A stretch of DNA of 64,000 nt from a virus: positions 1-64,000 of the IMG/VR virus record IMGVR_UViG_3300041964_000099. One strand, written 5' to 3'. A program made the translations under genes and the position numbers. This document shows positions 63,967-64,000 of this stretch, piece after piece (within the stretch, counting starts at the first letter, position 1; each line of letters opens with the position of its first letter). The notes beneath the pieces were generated by a model. It saw nothing but the letters and a program-made list of their open reading frames with translations. It did not search any database and had not been told where the DNA came from.

Positions 63967-64000
63967 TAGGGCATTGCCGATTTAATTGTGAGAGGTTGGC

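Larger units (their letters stand above)
1..64000. mobile_element. segment of a large cyanobacterial plasmid or integrative element
   Basis: Recombinase, rep with iterons, FtsK, orphan MTases, DUF3560, dnaN paralog, no core operons; abundant HIP1 (e.g. 1168-1175, 31373-31380). Confidence 0.8.

Noticed and set aside
1-64000. tRNA, rRNA or IS transposase genes
   Set aside because: No cloverleaf, rRNA-like segment, DDE/HUH transposase motif or terminal inverted repeat pair was recognised by eye; tRNAscan/ISEScan were not run

Overview
This window looks like the interior of a large cyanobacterial plasmid or integrative element. HIP1 sites (GCGATCGC) are dense throughout, so the host is probably a cyanobacterium, and likely a filamentous one. 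I recognise no housekeeping operons, rRNA, tRNA, IS transposases, CRISPR arrays or phage virion genes. Layout: (i) 1-9.6 kb holds a minus-strand operon (tyrosine recombinase, MazG-like protein, HAD phosphatase), a pair of paralogous putative DNA-binding proteins, orphan ORFs, an HNH gene and a frameshifted relic of the replication-initiator gene with its iterons. (ii) 9.7-48.2 kb is a co-oriented run of about 60 mostly small plus-strand genes resembling a plasmid leading/establishment region. It includes a GGDEF cyclase, an unannotated 47-aa secreted peptide ending in RGSGR (PatS/PatX-like), a beta-clamp, DUF3560, two N6-adenine MTases, a PAPS-reductase-family protein and DndB, and it is punctuated by a conserved hairpin/T-tract repeat. 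(iii) 48.3-56.7 kb has an XRE divergent switch with operator-like and 10-bp repeats. It drives an operon of HTH and membrane proteins, an FtsK/SpoIIIE ATPase and a Tat-signal lambda-type lytic transglycosylase. (iv) 56.7-64 kb is a phage-like replication block: a wHTH initiator with four intragenic GATC-rich 21-bp-period iterons, a 2H phosphoesterase, and ASCH-like and HNH-like genes. Strongest novelty candidates: the mobile-element-borne RGSGR peptide, the FtsK/muramidase transfer-like module with no visible VirB4 or relaxase, the repeated hairpin element, and the orphan iteron array. Family calls come from motif recognition by eye; no database search was run.
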